Shown piece after piece: positions 1-15,200 of a DNA stretch of 64,000 bases. How positions within the stretch are numbered: the stretch's first letter is position 1; each line of letters opens with the position of its first letter. This stretch comes from Lytechinus pictus. Its lineage: Eukaryota. The stretch is taken from the NCBI RefSeq assembly GCF_037042905.1, contig NC_087245.1, positions 9,984,001 through 10,048,000 of the forward strand, given 5' to 3'. Position numbers and translations under genes: made by a program. The notes under the pieces are model-generated. The model was not told the origin of the DNA, ran no database searches, and saw nothing but the letters and a program-made list of their open reading frames with translations.

Positions 1-61
1 AATTAATTCGGAGAAGAAAAGTGTTTCCTTAGAAAGTGCCTGTATCATCATAATTCAACAG
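1..61 (+). other. Probable 3' end of a non-coding 5' exon of the receptor gene
   Basis: Strong donor CAG|GTAAGA at 61/62, followed by a CpG-enriched stretch (~150-300). The next strong acceptor is at 4689/4690. Confidence 0.45.
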
Positions 62-3000
62 GTAAGAATTTGTAAATAATTCTCCGCTGATTTTTTTTTA
101 GTTCACAACTGTATCTGTTTTTGTCAACAAAGCACCAGACGAAGCCTTTGTTACAGCGTAGCGCTTAGCAGGGTCGAGCTACGGGCAGCGGTGGGCAGGC
201 GGACCACGAACAATGACCTATTTCTACCAAGCCCTTTGTTCTCACCGGTGACTTCTTTTCTGCATTTGGCACTTTGTCGCACGTCAAACAAGGGATAACG
301 AAGTGCTTTCACCTTTTACCAGAGTTCACGTTTGTTTTGCATTCGTCTGTTATTCTAAATGGGTTTAAGCTGAGTCAAAATTACTGTGAATGTAGCTAGC
401 CGGTAGTATATATATATATACTACAGTCTATAATGTTTCACCCCAAAATTCCCAGGAGAGAAGTTGTTATAAAATGAAAACAGTGCATGAGCTAGAGTAA
501 TAAAAGAGAAACAATAAAAATAGATCAATAAAAAAAAAATCTAATAATTTTGAATGGGATTTTCCATCATTTTGTCTAACTTGACAGGCCTATCAGATTT
601 GCCTGAATGTTCAAAATTTTCCAGAAAAGAGTATTTATTAACATATCAGATAAGACAGTGTCTAATGTTAGATCTACTCTAACTCTGTCATGTTTTTCAT
701 AATTTTTAGTCATTCTATAACAAGTAGATTCTTACTAAATATATTGTACAATAATTATAATATTTTAGTTATGATGATGATGATGATCTTATTCCTGGTA
801 CTGCAGTCAACCTCCACAAGAAGGATATGATTGCTGCAGGCATGTGTGGCTAGTGTTTGAATTAATAATTTGCTCCCCGCATGAAATTAGACATTTGAAT
901 TTTGCTTTGATGCTTTGATGGTGATGGTGATTATGAAGAGGATGATGATAAATATGATGATGGTGAATGGCGGTGATAATGATGATGATGAAGAACATGA
1001 TGGTGATGATGATGAAGCTAATGATTAATAAGGTGATCATGATGATGTAAAAGCAGCATATGATTTTCTTGGTGCATGTATTGCATAAAAGTTTGCTCCA
1101 CATTTAAAAAAAATGTCTGCTACACTAAATTTCTTTTGTGTTTAAATTTTCACTTAGGACTGAACATAGTTATAAAAGGCTTTTTCCTTACAACCAGAAA
1201 TGCCAATCAACTCTTAAGAAAAAATTATTCCCTGAAAGGTAATAGGCTAATTATAATATAACTGGTAATAGTAATACAAGTCACATCAATTAGATGAACA
1301 TAGGTGGCATTATAATTATTATTTACATTATTACATAAAATACAAATGAAACTATAAATGAAATGGATGTGGAGGGGAAAATTTGAAGACTTAAGAGTAG
1401 ACAAAAAGAGAAGAGGGGTATAAAGGAAATGAAATTCCACAAAAATGATTATCATAATCAGGAGAGATAGATTGCAAAATAAATCTATTCTTATACTGTA
1501 TATCTGAAGTCAAAGAAACCTTGTTCAAAATGAAGTGACAATGTAAAGTAAGCTATGTTTGCATTACCATATCTACAGGGTATGGAGTTCTCTTCAAGAG
1601 TTATAAAAAAATGAAATAAATACTTTCTGTATACTTGTCGTTCACCTGTTGATTAACCATGTGAATTTCAACTTCCAGAATTTAGCATATAAAAATGATG
1701 GTACACTCTTGTAAGATTGAGCTTCACATATCATTTTGTCAGCTGTGTCTACTGTGACACCAGTATTTAAGTCTAGAATTACTCCCACCCCCGTAATGTT
1801 CCCTTTCATACTGTATCATTATTTATTAGCCTTATATTCCATAGCCAATGTTAAAAAGGTTTTTCTTTGTGTTTTTCTTTGTGTCTTTAATTCCATGCTC
1901 AATTTTATAGTATTACTATGATTGTTAAATGTACATGTACTACGTCACATCAATGAAGCTGTTGCCCTACAGTATCTATATAAAACTACAGAAGAGGTAG
2001 AATATGACATTTTAAATATTCTGGTGATTCTAGATCTCATTTTCATAATAAACTTGCTCTGTCTTCATATTCTACACCACTGGTGAATCATATAATTGCA
2101 CCTTTGGTAACACTTCTCGCACAAGGTAAATGTAAGCTGTAAGATCACTGTATATTCATGTAGCAGTTAACGCCCTTTTAGCCATAAGGAAAGAAATCTG
2201 TGTAACTGTGAGTAAGATAAGTCATTGTGCAATAAAGACTCATGTGCGGGCAGCGGAGAAAGAAGAGTTGCTGGTGATAAGTACTTTAGGAAGTTTGGTG
2301 TTTATATCAGAGTATGACTTGAAGGAGGTCAGAAGAATCAGGTGTACTCATTAAGTACTTCCCAGTTGGCACAGTCAAGGCAATTGTTTTATCATGATTA
2401 ATCCCAATTGATGATGGTATTAGTTAATGCATTGAATACTGAGCTTTATAATGATTTGTTTATTGAATCTCATAGAAGATAGAAAATTCAGGATTTAGAG
2501 AGTTAAATGCTGGTGTACCAGATGAATTGAAATCCTTATGGATTTAATTAAATTGTTCTGTTTTAACTTTCGATAATACACTACCACTTTCAAACTTCAT
2601 TACAGTGTACTGTATACATAAAGTAAGATTGCTTGTCATATCAACATGTAATGTTTACATTGTGTCTTTTGTGATATTATTTAATTGCCAGGAAAATGCT
2701 AAAAGTTAAACTAAAAAAAATAATTCCCTAACCATCACTTTGTATATTTTATTCAGGTGTGTTACAACATGGTGTGGTGTATTTAAATGTGAACTGTGAA
2801 TTATATTTATCCTCAATATAGGCCTATTCATACTTTTTTTTTACTAGAAGAAAATCCAAATGAATAAATGAGCATAGCTAAACAATTATTGGTGGGTATT
2901 ACATTTTTATTTTTCTGAGAACTGCTCTTCTCCAAAATGAACAATTCATGTACTATTGCATCTGTACATGAAATGACTGACATTGATGCACCTGAATGTT

Positions 3001-4776
3001 GGGGATAACTTTGAACTTTATGCACTTTACATGTAGCTAGACACCTCTGTAAAGAGCTGATAATAGATCCTAGTTAACGCCCTGCTGTGTATTTTCCTAG
3101 TATTGAAGGGATACTCTTGGATAAACTTCCATTGTGAAAGGAGTTTTCCCACTGAGGAAAGTAGAAAAAACAACTATAAGAGGTGAATGTTTTTAGGTTA
3201 TTGCTCCAAAATATTTGACCTTTCTCATCAGCTTTTCATTGTTCATCTTTTTCCATTCTGTAAAAATTATGAGGAGATGCCATACAATATCCAGTGATCA
3301 TACTCATTATACACTCTTTTTATAATAAAAAATTTGTTACTTAACCTGATGATGTAACTTTGAAAGTAAAGGAAAATTTTGAGCATGATTTTAAAAATGT
3401 CCAAGTCTAGATGAAATTTTGATGGATAACACTACTGTATAATTCCTTTAAAAAAATAATGAAACCAACAAAACGTGCATGCTGTGTGTAGATAGATTAC
3501 AAACAGCAATGTTCTGGATATTGTTACCAATGAGAGAACAAAGCTGTTGGAAGGATCAATTGTTGATGATTGCTATCCTTAGATGAAATTTGTTTTTAAG
3601 CATTGGATGAGATACTTCCCATGGATATATCAATTTGAGACACTCACATTGGTCATTTGAAACTGACCCACTGTCTGTCACTCACATTCTTAATAACAAA
3701 ACAATTAATAAAAACAAAGAAGCAAAGAAAGCAAGAAAGCAAAGAAAAGTGAAACAACTGTTACAATTTTGGCAGTAACATGGAGTGATATCATTTTCAT
3801 GTCTTGGCTAAAATATTTCACTATTTTAACATATATTTCCTGTAAATATTACAGTATCAAACTTTTAGGTGTCTGTAATGTTTAAAACTATACACTTTAT
3901 ATGTTAATACCATTTCAGATTTTATAATGAACATTGTATACTCAAATCTAAACATGTAAACCTAGATGGCTATTAGATTGAAACACACATATCAAGTCAA
4001 GTAAGGAAAATCTGTCTTGAGAATTGTAATTTTTTGCAACACCTTAAAAAAGTAATTATGCAATGTTTAATGTACAATATCTCCCCCAAAAGTCCAAGAA
4101 TAAATGCAGACAAGTTAAATCACTGTATGCAATACATACACCCAGAAAGATAGTAAAACCTCGTGTAGTTCACTAAAAAGTTCACAAAAGTCTGTTTAAA
4201 CTTAAATTTAAAGAAAACAAAAAAATACTTCATTCAATTTGTAAGGTAAATACTCAATCCATTTTATAACATGTATAAGAGAGCATTGTAATTGTAATCA
4301 TCAGTTTTAAAAGCATTGTTCAGTGTCCCTTTCTTGACAAAAGTTCATATTCTTTCTAGGTTGTTTTGATATGATTTATTCTTATGGAAGGGTACATGTA
4401 TGGATTCCTACATTTACTTCAATTTCTTGCTGTCCATATTAAACACTACATGTATGCCAAATCTACTTCAGCTTTCTATTTTAACTTCAATGGAACTTCA
4501 TTTTACCTGTCATACTAATGGAGCAAGCAGTGAAAAGCATAATGTTATCTGATTTAAAATAAATGTTAATACTACTGTAAATCTGTAATGAAGCTTTGTT
4601 TGACTGATTTTGAATCATATAATTGGAGAGTATCATTTTGGTCAATTTTGTTCATTTTCTGTCACATTCTTGTTATGATATCCTTGCAGATCTATGTAGT
4701 TGTCAGTCAAGTATTAAGGCTTCCAAGGCATTGCTAGAAGATTGAAATACCAGACAAACTGCAGACAGCTATCACT

Positions 4777-4903
4777 ATGGCAACGATGGAAGGCCTTCTG
4801 CCTGGACCATCATCATCATCTTCATCTTCGTCATCTCTAGGAGCTAAGCGCAAGCTACCGGTCGAGTGGGAGCTTCGAGATAGAACAGAGCCAGGAGCAT
4901 TAG
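4777..4903 (+). CDS. Receptor coding exon 1 (A/B domain; exon starts 4690): [42 protein letters not shown]
   Basis: Acceptor tccttgcag at 4689, in-frame upstream TAG at 4735, ACTATGG start context. The TAG|GTAAGT donor is phase 1 and matches the next exon. Confidence 0.75.
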
Positions 4904-6214
4904 GTAAGTAGGAAATATGATTTTTATTAACCACTTGACCAAGCAATTCTCTATTTTCCATGTTTGTTCAGGGACCAGCCTTTTCTAGAAGGTGCAACAG
5001 ATTAACAGATAATTTTGATTAGGCGTGATAATCGAGAAGTAAGCAATTTATCAATTTATAAAACATGAAGACAATATAGGTTTTATTTTTTCCCCTCCTG
5101 CTTCTAAGGGTTAAAAAATAACTGAAATAAGTTGATATTGACTACATACCAATACCGGTCTAAGAATTATATAATGTGTATACATATAGGGTAATTCAAT
5201 TTGGTGCTTTGCAGTTTAATTAAAGGTGAATGAAACTTGTAGAACAAGTTAGCTTGTATAAAAACAGATAAATCAAAGAATAAGATCAATGGAAGTTTGA
5301 GAACAATTGGCAAACAATAAGAAAGTTATTAACATTTGAATGTCAAAATCATTAATAGTGTGTTATCTAATATGGATGGACTCAATAAAACTGACATTTC
5401 AAGTAAAATATGAAGGAAAGTAATTGAGGAGTTCTTCAAATGTGACCACACATGTTGGTTGCATTGCGAATGCAGGTCTGATCTCCACATCATTAGTGAT
5501 CTCAATCATTACTTTATTATATTTTTCAATTTTTCTCAAACTTTCATGTTTTGTTTCTTTGATTTTCTGTTTCCACACAAGCTATTAATTGTTCCCGGTG
5601 TTTCATTCTTCTTTAACTGAACCCATTACATTTATGCAGCATCGCATGATTCATTGGAACAAACCATGTATTGATGAAATTATTTGATAACAACTATAAA
5701 AAAAACACAGATATCAAGAGCATTCTAAAATATCGATATTGTTTGATGGTTAACAAATTTTATGACCTAAAATGGCTTGAACTAGATTACCAAAGAGACT
5801 ACGAATCTCCAAGGACATTTCTGGGGTAATTTTTGTGATAGATGTATTTCGATCTAACAACAAGGTATAACGACTCCTGTGAGAATCTTGTGAGTATTAA
5901 ATGCTATCAGAGGATATCCGTAGTCATTTTTTATTATCACTTGAGAAGAGAAATCAATACAGTAGATATCATCGGCTATTACATATCCTGGTGAAGCTAC
6001 ATTTACTTTGTGAAAGGCAAGATTTTGTCTTTAGATTTTTTTAGAGTTGAAAATTTTCAGCTTTTAATAAATTTTCTTAGTTAATTTTTGGTTAGTTACA
6101 AAATTAGGGGTAACTATTACTATTCAATTCAATGTCTCAAGTTATTTTCAAATCATTAAAAAAATTACATATATTTACAACACATAAAATCAAATGCATT
6201 TCAAATCATTGAAA

Positions 6215-6245
<31 letters not shown>

Positions 6246-9200
6246 ACCTAAAGGCATTCCATAATTCATTCATGTACAATAAAGTAGATGAGGAAAAGGG
6301 GGGAGCTATCATTTGTAATTTTTTTTTCAATATGGGTCTGGTGCGTAATATTCTTTTCTGATGTAATAATATCCTCAATTATGAAAACCTGCAGTAACTG
6401 ATAATGAAAACAGCTATACAACCTATCATCCATTGCTATCTTGTTGAAAATAAAAACCCACTTTAGGGATGCTTTTGAGCACAGAGTGATGAATAGTGTC
6501 TTTCATCCATTGCTAGTTTTTGGTTTTTGAAAAATCCATGACTGCGCCTCATCAGAAGTATGTCACGCTTTCAAGAGTTGTTGGAAACCTTGAGGCTTTC
6601 TCCTCCAAACTATATCATGGCAAGCAGACAAAGGGGCACCAGATCCTCTCTTTTATTTTTTCTACATGATGGAGGATGAAATAGAATATTGGATGATCTG
6701 TGACGCGTCCGGGCATTTCTTTGCGTCACCACCATGGCACGTTTTTGCTTGGATGTAACCCCCTTGGGTGTCTCATGTCAAGCGATGAACATTCTTTAGA
6801 ATGCGTAATGAACCTGATCGCAATGTGACCCAAATAGGTAAAGGTACTTCACCTTCACAGGTATACCTACAAGATATCACATAATCTTGATACTAGTACA
6901 ACCCTTCTTGACGTCTTATATCCCTCATCAAAACACCTCACATGAAAGAATACCCTAGAGAGAGAAGCTAGAATTATACAGGTAATTACTGGCTGGATTC
7001 GACATAAGAAATCAAATCAATTGTAAATCTATTCAGTATATGCATAGTAAACAGTGTAAATATAATGGTAGTGCATTATTTGTGCTTAAAAGCCAAGTGT
7101 ACCCCAACACCAAATTGATTTGATGAAATATGATATATTTAATCAAACAAGTGCAATATGAAATTCACCTATCTTGGATAAGAAAATTGCCACATGTTAA
7201 AGTTTTGCATATTTCTCATAAAATTTTGGATTGTATTGATACCAACATTTCTATATGTACACTGTAAAAAATGAAGTGCTATTTTAGCACTTTAAGTGCT
7301 CGTATAGTGACTGCACTACGAGTGCTGATTTTCTAGTTTAAATTTGAACTAAAACATCAGCACTCGTAGTGCAGTCACTATATACAAGCACTGTACATGT
7401 AAGCGCTAAATTAGCACTTCATTTTTACAGTGTAATAACTTTTTTAATCATACAATTTTGATGAAATTTCATTTTTACACTCATTTTGTTTCTTCCCCTT
7501 TTCTTTGATTTTGAGATGGACTACATTGTAGGCTTTTGAAGGAAACTCATTAAACCAGAATCTGTGCACATTTGAAAAAACCAAGGGGTTTAAAGCCAAA
7601 CTTGAGTAGTCACAGGGAACAATATAATCTTGAGAGAAAATCTTTGAAATCAAGACTAATTGTTACATCACAGATCTAGCCAGGACTGACATTTTAAGAT
7701 GTAATTGAACACCATGAAATAATGAAATCCAGGCTGAAAATTAATAATATGCTGAAAATCAGCAAAATGGCTTATGTTGGTAATAAAAAGGACCTGTCTA
7801 CGTATGTAAAGCCTTTCCCCATTCTCTAAGTACTATAGAAATTATCTTTTTTTTTACCAAAATCATTTGGCAAATAATGTCCATTTTGCTAACATTTTGT
7901 GGTCATTTTGTGGCTGGAATTTATCTCTAAAAACCATGGTTTTACATCAGATTTATGATTGAGAAAATTTAATTACCCGTCCCTTACATTACTTTACTTC
8001 ATTGTTTTACTCCCTCTGAACTTAGTATAATACTTAATTATTTACTAAGGAACTAACGTTGTGAAGCACATCAATATTACTCTTGTGACAGACATTATAT
8101 TTTGATGGTGTAATCTGCTGCTCTTGGGTTTTAAAGAGACAAGACATTGATGATCATGAATAAAAGCTTGGATGGATGAAGCAGATTGATACATGTATAT
8201 TATGCTGTCAGCACTCATTACGAGTTCCTGCTCAATCATTATAGCGGAGTTATGCATGTTTTCACCAACTTCCCCTTACATTTCAAAAATAACATTCCAC
8301 ATTTTCTTTCATAATTCTATTCAAACATGCAGTCTACACATTACTGATACTACATTTATTCATATTACCTTAGAACTCTAAATATTGCCATGACTACCCC
8401 TTTTTTCATGGTTTCTATTGTCCACCTAATATGCAGAATAGTATCAAATATTTTTTCTTTTAATTTGAAAAGTGTCATAAAACGTTTCATGCAAAGATTC
8501 AGTGTGAAAACAGAAAAGATCATTTTTTAAAACTAAACTACAATTTCAAGACATACTTACATGTATGCATATTGTTACAATATTGTAGGCCGATCTGATT
8601 TAGAAATTTGACAATATTGAACATGTAGAATATCACTATTAATGAACCTAGATACATACATTTCTCAGCTTACAACTTGTAATTTCAACTCGTTTTGCAT
8701 AATATGAACGTATATCCTAGACACATAGTGGCCTTTGTTGAAAAGAATGACCTTATCTTATTTCAGAGTAATCATACAGTAGCCTAGTTTTATGGCTTAA
8801 TATTTGTTGCAGTTTTCAAGTCAATATGAATAATAGCAATCTTCTTTATATCCGTTCCATAAATGCTCTTGATATTATATCTTATATAATATGGAAATAT
8901 GGAGTGCACTTCTCGAGGCTCGAGATGAAATGGGTTTACCTCATGCTTATCTCTGTATTAGTTTCATACATCAACAGTTTGTAAAGAAATAGTCACTTGA
9001 CACAATTAGTTTCTTGCCTATCAGAACACATCACTTAACATCCTAGATGTTACAAGGTGATGACGAAAATTGGAATAATTGACTGCCAACTATTCATTTC
9101 CTTGTAATTTTCCCCAGTCTTATTGATGGCACAGTATTTATTTGACTTACAAATGGTGCACTCTTTTTCTCTTGCCCCCTGGCTGTGGAGATAGCATCTT

Positions 9201-12200
9201 GCATCGACTGCCCTGAATGAAATACATCGCTCTCGTGACTCAACAAGATAGCGAGATGGTGGAGGGGTAGATTGGGAAGGAGGAGACAGAGAGAGAGAAG
9301 GAGATGTATATAGAGCAAGCGATTGTGCATCCGCAAGGCAGGAATATCTCATTGTTTGTAGGTCAATGATATTGTTTTGAATTAGGTCATAATTCTTGAT
9401 GTTTCTCTTGCGTCTTGTAGCCCCAAGCTCTTTAGGAATGATGTCAAATCCGTACAGAGTAAAGGATGTATATTTAGAAGCGATCAGAGTTTAAGTTTCC
9501 AAACTAAGCTGCGTAGCGATGCTTCGGGATCGATAGAGATAACCTTAATTAATCTCAAGATGTTATCAGTAGATTAGAATCTTGTTGCTGAATAATGGAA
9601 GGGGTGCTTCTTCTGAGTACAGGATGGATCAATATTGTTACATTTATGTTATTCTGATTGCAACAATATTCTTGAAATGAATATAACACGAAGGTCTCCT
9701 TGCAACCTGGCCTATACCTTTCACATTTACCTGTCATCTGAAGTCAACTATTCAATGCAGCTGCATTATTCATGTCTAATTTCTACAAAAATTAAATCGG
9801 ACTGAGTTGGCTCTGATAGGCTGCCATCTTTGTTTATCTTGTAACATGAAGCTTATTTATACCACGCCACCACGGTCACATTTGCTCTACGGCCGCCGTA
9901 TGGCGAGTCGAAAACAGTCGTTTTAACATTTTTTGTACCTGCTACATAATATAGACATGATACATGTAGATGGTTTGAATAACAATTAATAAAACGGCTG
10001 TTTTCGACTCGCCGTACGGCCGCCGAAGAGCAAATGTGACCGAGGTATTAGGATAGTGATAATGCATCATTATTGAAGCCATAACCCTTTCATGATAATT
10101 TTCATTATCAAACAGACCCCAAAAAATACAAGGGGGCTAATACCAAATCACTCCCCCCAAAACACACACTATAAAACCAATAAAGAGCCTCATTAAAAAT
10201 AGCCCCCATTTGGATAAAAAACATATATTTTTTTTAAATCTAGAAGTCATCAATATCAGAAAGAAATCAAGATCACCTCTCTGTGCAAGTTCAAATATGA
10301 CCACTTACTAGTTATTTGGATATTTCTTGCAAAAATATATGTTTTGCCAGGATATACTTTGCAGTGAGTGGATAAGTCTTCATTTTCAAATTAAATCATT
10401 GTTTGATGATTGCAATCATTTTTCTCCTGCATGCATGACATGTATTCCTTTGCTTCAGCAAGACAGGTGTGCTAAGACAACAAAACCTTTGGAATGTTTG
10501 AGTGAAAAATATAATGGTCCCTTTTACCTGTGTTTTGCACGATTCATGTTTTGTTTGCTCCAAACTAAAGCCATGAATAAAATGCCTTGTCAACAGAATT
10601 ATGTGATTGATTAACAGTTCTTAAAAACTGCTAGTGAAAATATGTTTTTCATCCATTTACAACTTCATAGGAAGGATTCAGAAGTGTTTACACATTTGTG
10701 CCTATGACGACAGACAGGTGTGAAATAACGAAGAAAAGGATATTGAAATAGGAATGAAATACATTAAAAAGTGTCAATTCCCCCACTCCCTCCACCATTT
10801 ATTGCCCCTGAAATGGGCCATTCATATTATAAAACCATAATTCAAATATCAGCCCAAACACTGATTATTTGTTCCAGATAACTACTTTTTAAGACATTTT
10901 GAGTTAATAAATGGATAATGAAAATGCTTTTAATATTTTCATACAAATTTATGACACATTCAATGATACAGATGATAACCGAAATCAGTTCTGACTTTTT
11001 TGCACTTTTCCATAGACTCTGAAATAAAAGCGGGTTTATAAAAAAATCATCTTTATTATGTTACTTCTATTTCTTTTTCCTTTTATGTTTTGTTTGTAAT
11101 TTGTTTTGTTTCATGTTTGAATTTGTTTAATTTCATCACAAGTCTGCTATTTATAAATTATTGGTAAATCAGCAATCCAGCATACAGTTCTGCCTAGGAG
11201 TTACCACCATTGGTTTGGCAGTCTGTTGTCTGTCCATTGCAGATTGTATGGATCAAATTACATGCTTCCTCAGCTTTTTCCCAACATTCATGAGAATTGG
11301 TACAAACACACATTTCGCATCGAATAAAGACAGTGCAATACTTATTTTGTTACTAAAACTAGATTTTAGTTTTAAAAAGTACCATGTTTTATAGGTGAAT
11401 GACCGTGCTATATCTGATCCAAGCTGTACTGTGAACATTTTCATTTGTTTATCTATTTGCATCGTCAATCGATTGTTATAGGTCAATAACACTAAGTTAG
11501 ATTTTGATCAGTCAATACAGACAATTATTCAAACAATCCTCAAACAAACAGGTTTTATAAATACAGGCAACTAAACATGTGTCCTCAACTCATTATTGTG
11601 AAAAGGTTACTTATGCTGAGTGTGCCAAAGTAAAAATGAATAGATATTCAGGCTAATACAACAGTCTAGATATTTTTTTATTGAAACTTTTCTATTGATT
11701 GAGCTGTTTGTAAAAATTATTGCTACTTTTTTTTTTTTTACTTTTGCAACATTTGATACTGTGCCCCCCCCCGGGGGGGGGGGGGGGGGGAGTAATTGCT
11801 CTGTTTTGGGGAAATTAGAACCCCCTTTTCACTCTCTGTGCCTTATGATTCAATTCCTGGATCTGATTATATGTGCTAATATTGTCAGTGTTTATGTCAG
11901 GTTTTTTTTTTCTTTTCTTTTCCTGCTCTTAACAATTTTTGAGGAACATTTTTGTCCAGTTTGACCCTTTTGACATGAATGGATTATTTTTGGTCAGTTT
12001 TCATTTTGTTTGTCACCCAATGAATGTTTTTTCTAAAGGTCTTTTTTTTTCGAGCATACATGTACATGTAGAACATTCTCTGCATTATAAGCAGTGCCTC
12101 ATGTTGTATGTTGCTATGAAAGTTTGTAATGTTATGATTGCCACGACAACCATCAGGAAAACATCAGTATCAATCCCCAGTCCCCATGAACAAGTCAGAT

Positions 12201-15200
12201 TGTCTGTTTTCTCAGAAAGTAAGCAAGTTAAGGAAAGTTCCTGGCAACAAACTTCTGGTCTTATCGATACAAACGACCCAAATGTATGATTAAATGACTG
12301 AAATAATTCATGTACTCTTTACATGCATGGTACAGGAGAATTACTTTGGTAAAAGAATTTATTTCCTGTGGTCTGTGCATTTCTTGCTGTATCTTAAAGA
12401 GATATTTCACAATAAAAAAAAAAAAAAAAAACAAGCCTGCTTTTAATAATGAAAGCTTAAATATTTCTCTTTGAAAAGTGTAATGTAATATGTGCGTCAG
12501 CAGGTTGAGCTGCTTCAAGAAAATGTAGATTTTATTTCAAATGTCTTAAACCTGTAGGTTAGCATTACAGCTTCAGTACACTGCATGTAGGTCTACATGT
12601 ACTTTTTAAAATCAATATTTTAACCTAAACCCTCTTCATGTTTATAATCCTTGCAAAAGTAAATTAAAAATATCTTCTATTTAAGAAAGATGAACTCTAG
12701 TAATCAGTTTAAGAGAGCACTGTTCTTTTTAAGAGGGTTACTGACCAACAATATTCTTTTTGTCCAAAAATAATTCAATTTTGCAATCAAGAGTTGGGCA
12801 AAGAGTTCATCTGCAAGTATCCAAGTTAATGTACTTTGCTTTACTCAAGAGTTCAATTTCAGACAAGCAAGGTAAATGGAAATAGAGAGATGAAACTTAA
12901 TTGTGCATGGGAATTTTTGGAAGTACATTGTATTTGTTATGAACTTTATAAACTACTTCTAGTTCTCGGTTTAACGACATCCTCTTTCTGTCTTTGCTAT
13001 AGACATGAAGCCTAACTTCTTTTTTGTCGATGAAATAGATACATGTAACTAGGGTATTGTGTCTTGCTTCTTCGCATCTACTACCATTGTTATAGTTTTC
13101 TTTTTCGCTTTAGAAGCCCCAACAAATTTGGATGTTTCATCATACAAAAAACCCCATCCTGTGTGTACCAGGAGAGCTGTCAAATGAATCTAGATTGGTT
13201 GTCTTTTGATTAATTCCTTTCATTAAAGTAGGAAATATTTGGGTGTTGTTGAAAGTTGATTTGAAATTATCATTCGTTCTGTGGTGTATTATACAATGAT
13301 TACCCTACTTCTACGTTGAAATAGGACAAGTTGATTTATGGCTTTTTATTGGAGCGTAAAGGGTGGTTAGCCGTAATCATAACCGCAGATCCGTAGGATG
13401 ATTATTTGCAATATGTTTATTTTCTTTATATGCAGTAGCAAGTGTCATCTATGAGACGTATTTCACAAGGTAGTTCTTTTTCATGATAGGTCATTTTAAC
13501 ACAAACAAAGTATAATAAAAGATGCAATGTCAAAATGATTCATTAGAAGTTCTCCACATTTTGTTATTCTCTGATATAATTTTTGTGGCTCAATATTAAT
13601 CATACTTTTGATCATCATTTAAAAAAATTAATAGTTCTTCCCATGGATCAGAAACTTATTGCAAAGACCCACTTAAAACACACAGAGATTTATTTCAATT
13701 TTAAAACTTTTGTTTATTAAAAAAAGAGAGAAAAATATTCAGCAATGGCATGTGAAGATGTTCAAAAAATGGTGTTTGTATTTGAATTTTGCACTTCATT
13801 TTATGTTCTCAATAGTTCAGGAATTAGTGTTTACTTTTAGTGAACAAATTTGGAACATAATTATCTTGTTGTACATAGCACTTTTTGGGGTATTATAATT
13901 TGATAAAAAAAATTAATGACACTTTATTGATCAACTTATTCTATTATATCAGTATTTTTGTTTCATTTTGTTTATTCACTAGCATGTACTTTTTCACTAA
14001 TTCGTTTATTTTTTATTCATTTTCATTCATTTGTTTATTGTTTATTTATTTGTTAATTCTTCTTATTTTTGTGTGTAGGTAATATATTTCTTGCTTTATG
14101 ATTTAGGAATGTTGAGATCAGTCCAATACATTTTTATATCAAAACAAGATGCTTCTATTTTGTATAACCTGATTGTGTAACTTCATACACATTAAAGTTT
14201 CTGTTGAAAGTTCCTTAAAAAGATCTATATTACATTCATTATACCCAGAAGACTATAAGGTACAATGTCCACCAAATATCTCTTGATATCTCCTTACTTG
14301 AGTATGTTAAGTAAACCGATTGCTAAGTAATTTTGTCAGTTTCAAATATTCTGATTGCTGTGATGTCAGCATTAAATTTCTACCAATCAGGAATTCTCTT
14401 AATGTAATTACAGAATGATCAAAGCTTTTATGTACCTTTGTAGAAGATGAAGAACATGAATACGATCTAGTTTTTGGCAATTGCATGTAGATGTACAGTA
14501 ATAATAAGCATGGGTGTGGGACCGACCTTTCTTTACATGTAGGTGGTTTCAAACTGCCTCGATCACAAGAATCCCCATTTACAATAACTTTTTCAGGCTA
14601 AAAAATACCTTATGATTATGCACGCATTTACATCGCTCTGAAACATACCCTTCAGGGATAGTTCTTGAGGTTACGAGCATGCGCAGTATGGTCTGATAAG
14701 CAGGCAAGGCGCAAGTTTTAAATTCGCTAGCTCAGCAGTCACCCGCAGCACCCGCGCCCAACTACGCTTGGCTAAGAAAGTTCCCGTAATTTGCTTTCAC
14801 ACTGCCAAAATACTTGCAAACCTTGGAACCCCCCCCCCCCCCCGAAAGTTCTTGTAATGTTGACAAGTACCTACTATTTAGCGGGTATTTTCATTTGGGG
14901 ATATTACTCTTTGCTTTCACACTGCCAAAATTATCTGGAATTTTCTGATCGGGGTATCAGGGCAAATTTCCTGATCAAAAAATACCTAGAATTGATGAAC
15001 TTAATTCGAGGCGGTCTGAAACCACCTTTTGTTGATAGAAACCTGTAGGTTATCCACCTCTATTTCAATCCAAGGTCACGTTCTTTACTATCAATAATAC
15101 AAACAGAATGAGATCTTCTGCCATCGTCATATACCCTTTGATGTTACAGACCTTCCGACAAAATATCGTTAACCCTGCATCTTCACAAATTGCAGAGATT

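Noticed and set aside
807..1103. His/Ile-rich ORF
   Set aside because: Translation of an (ATG/CAT)n microsatellite.
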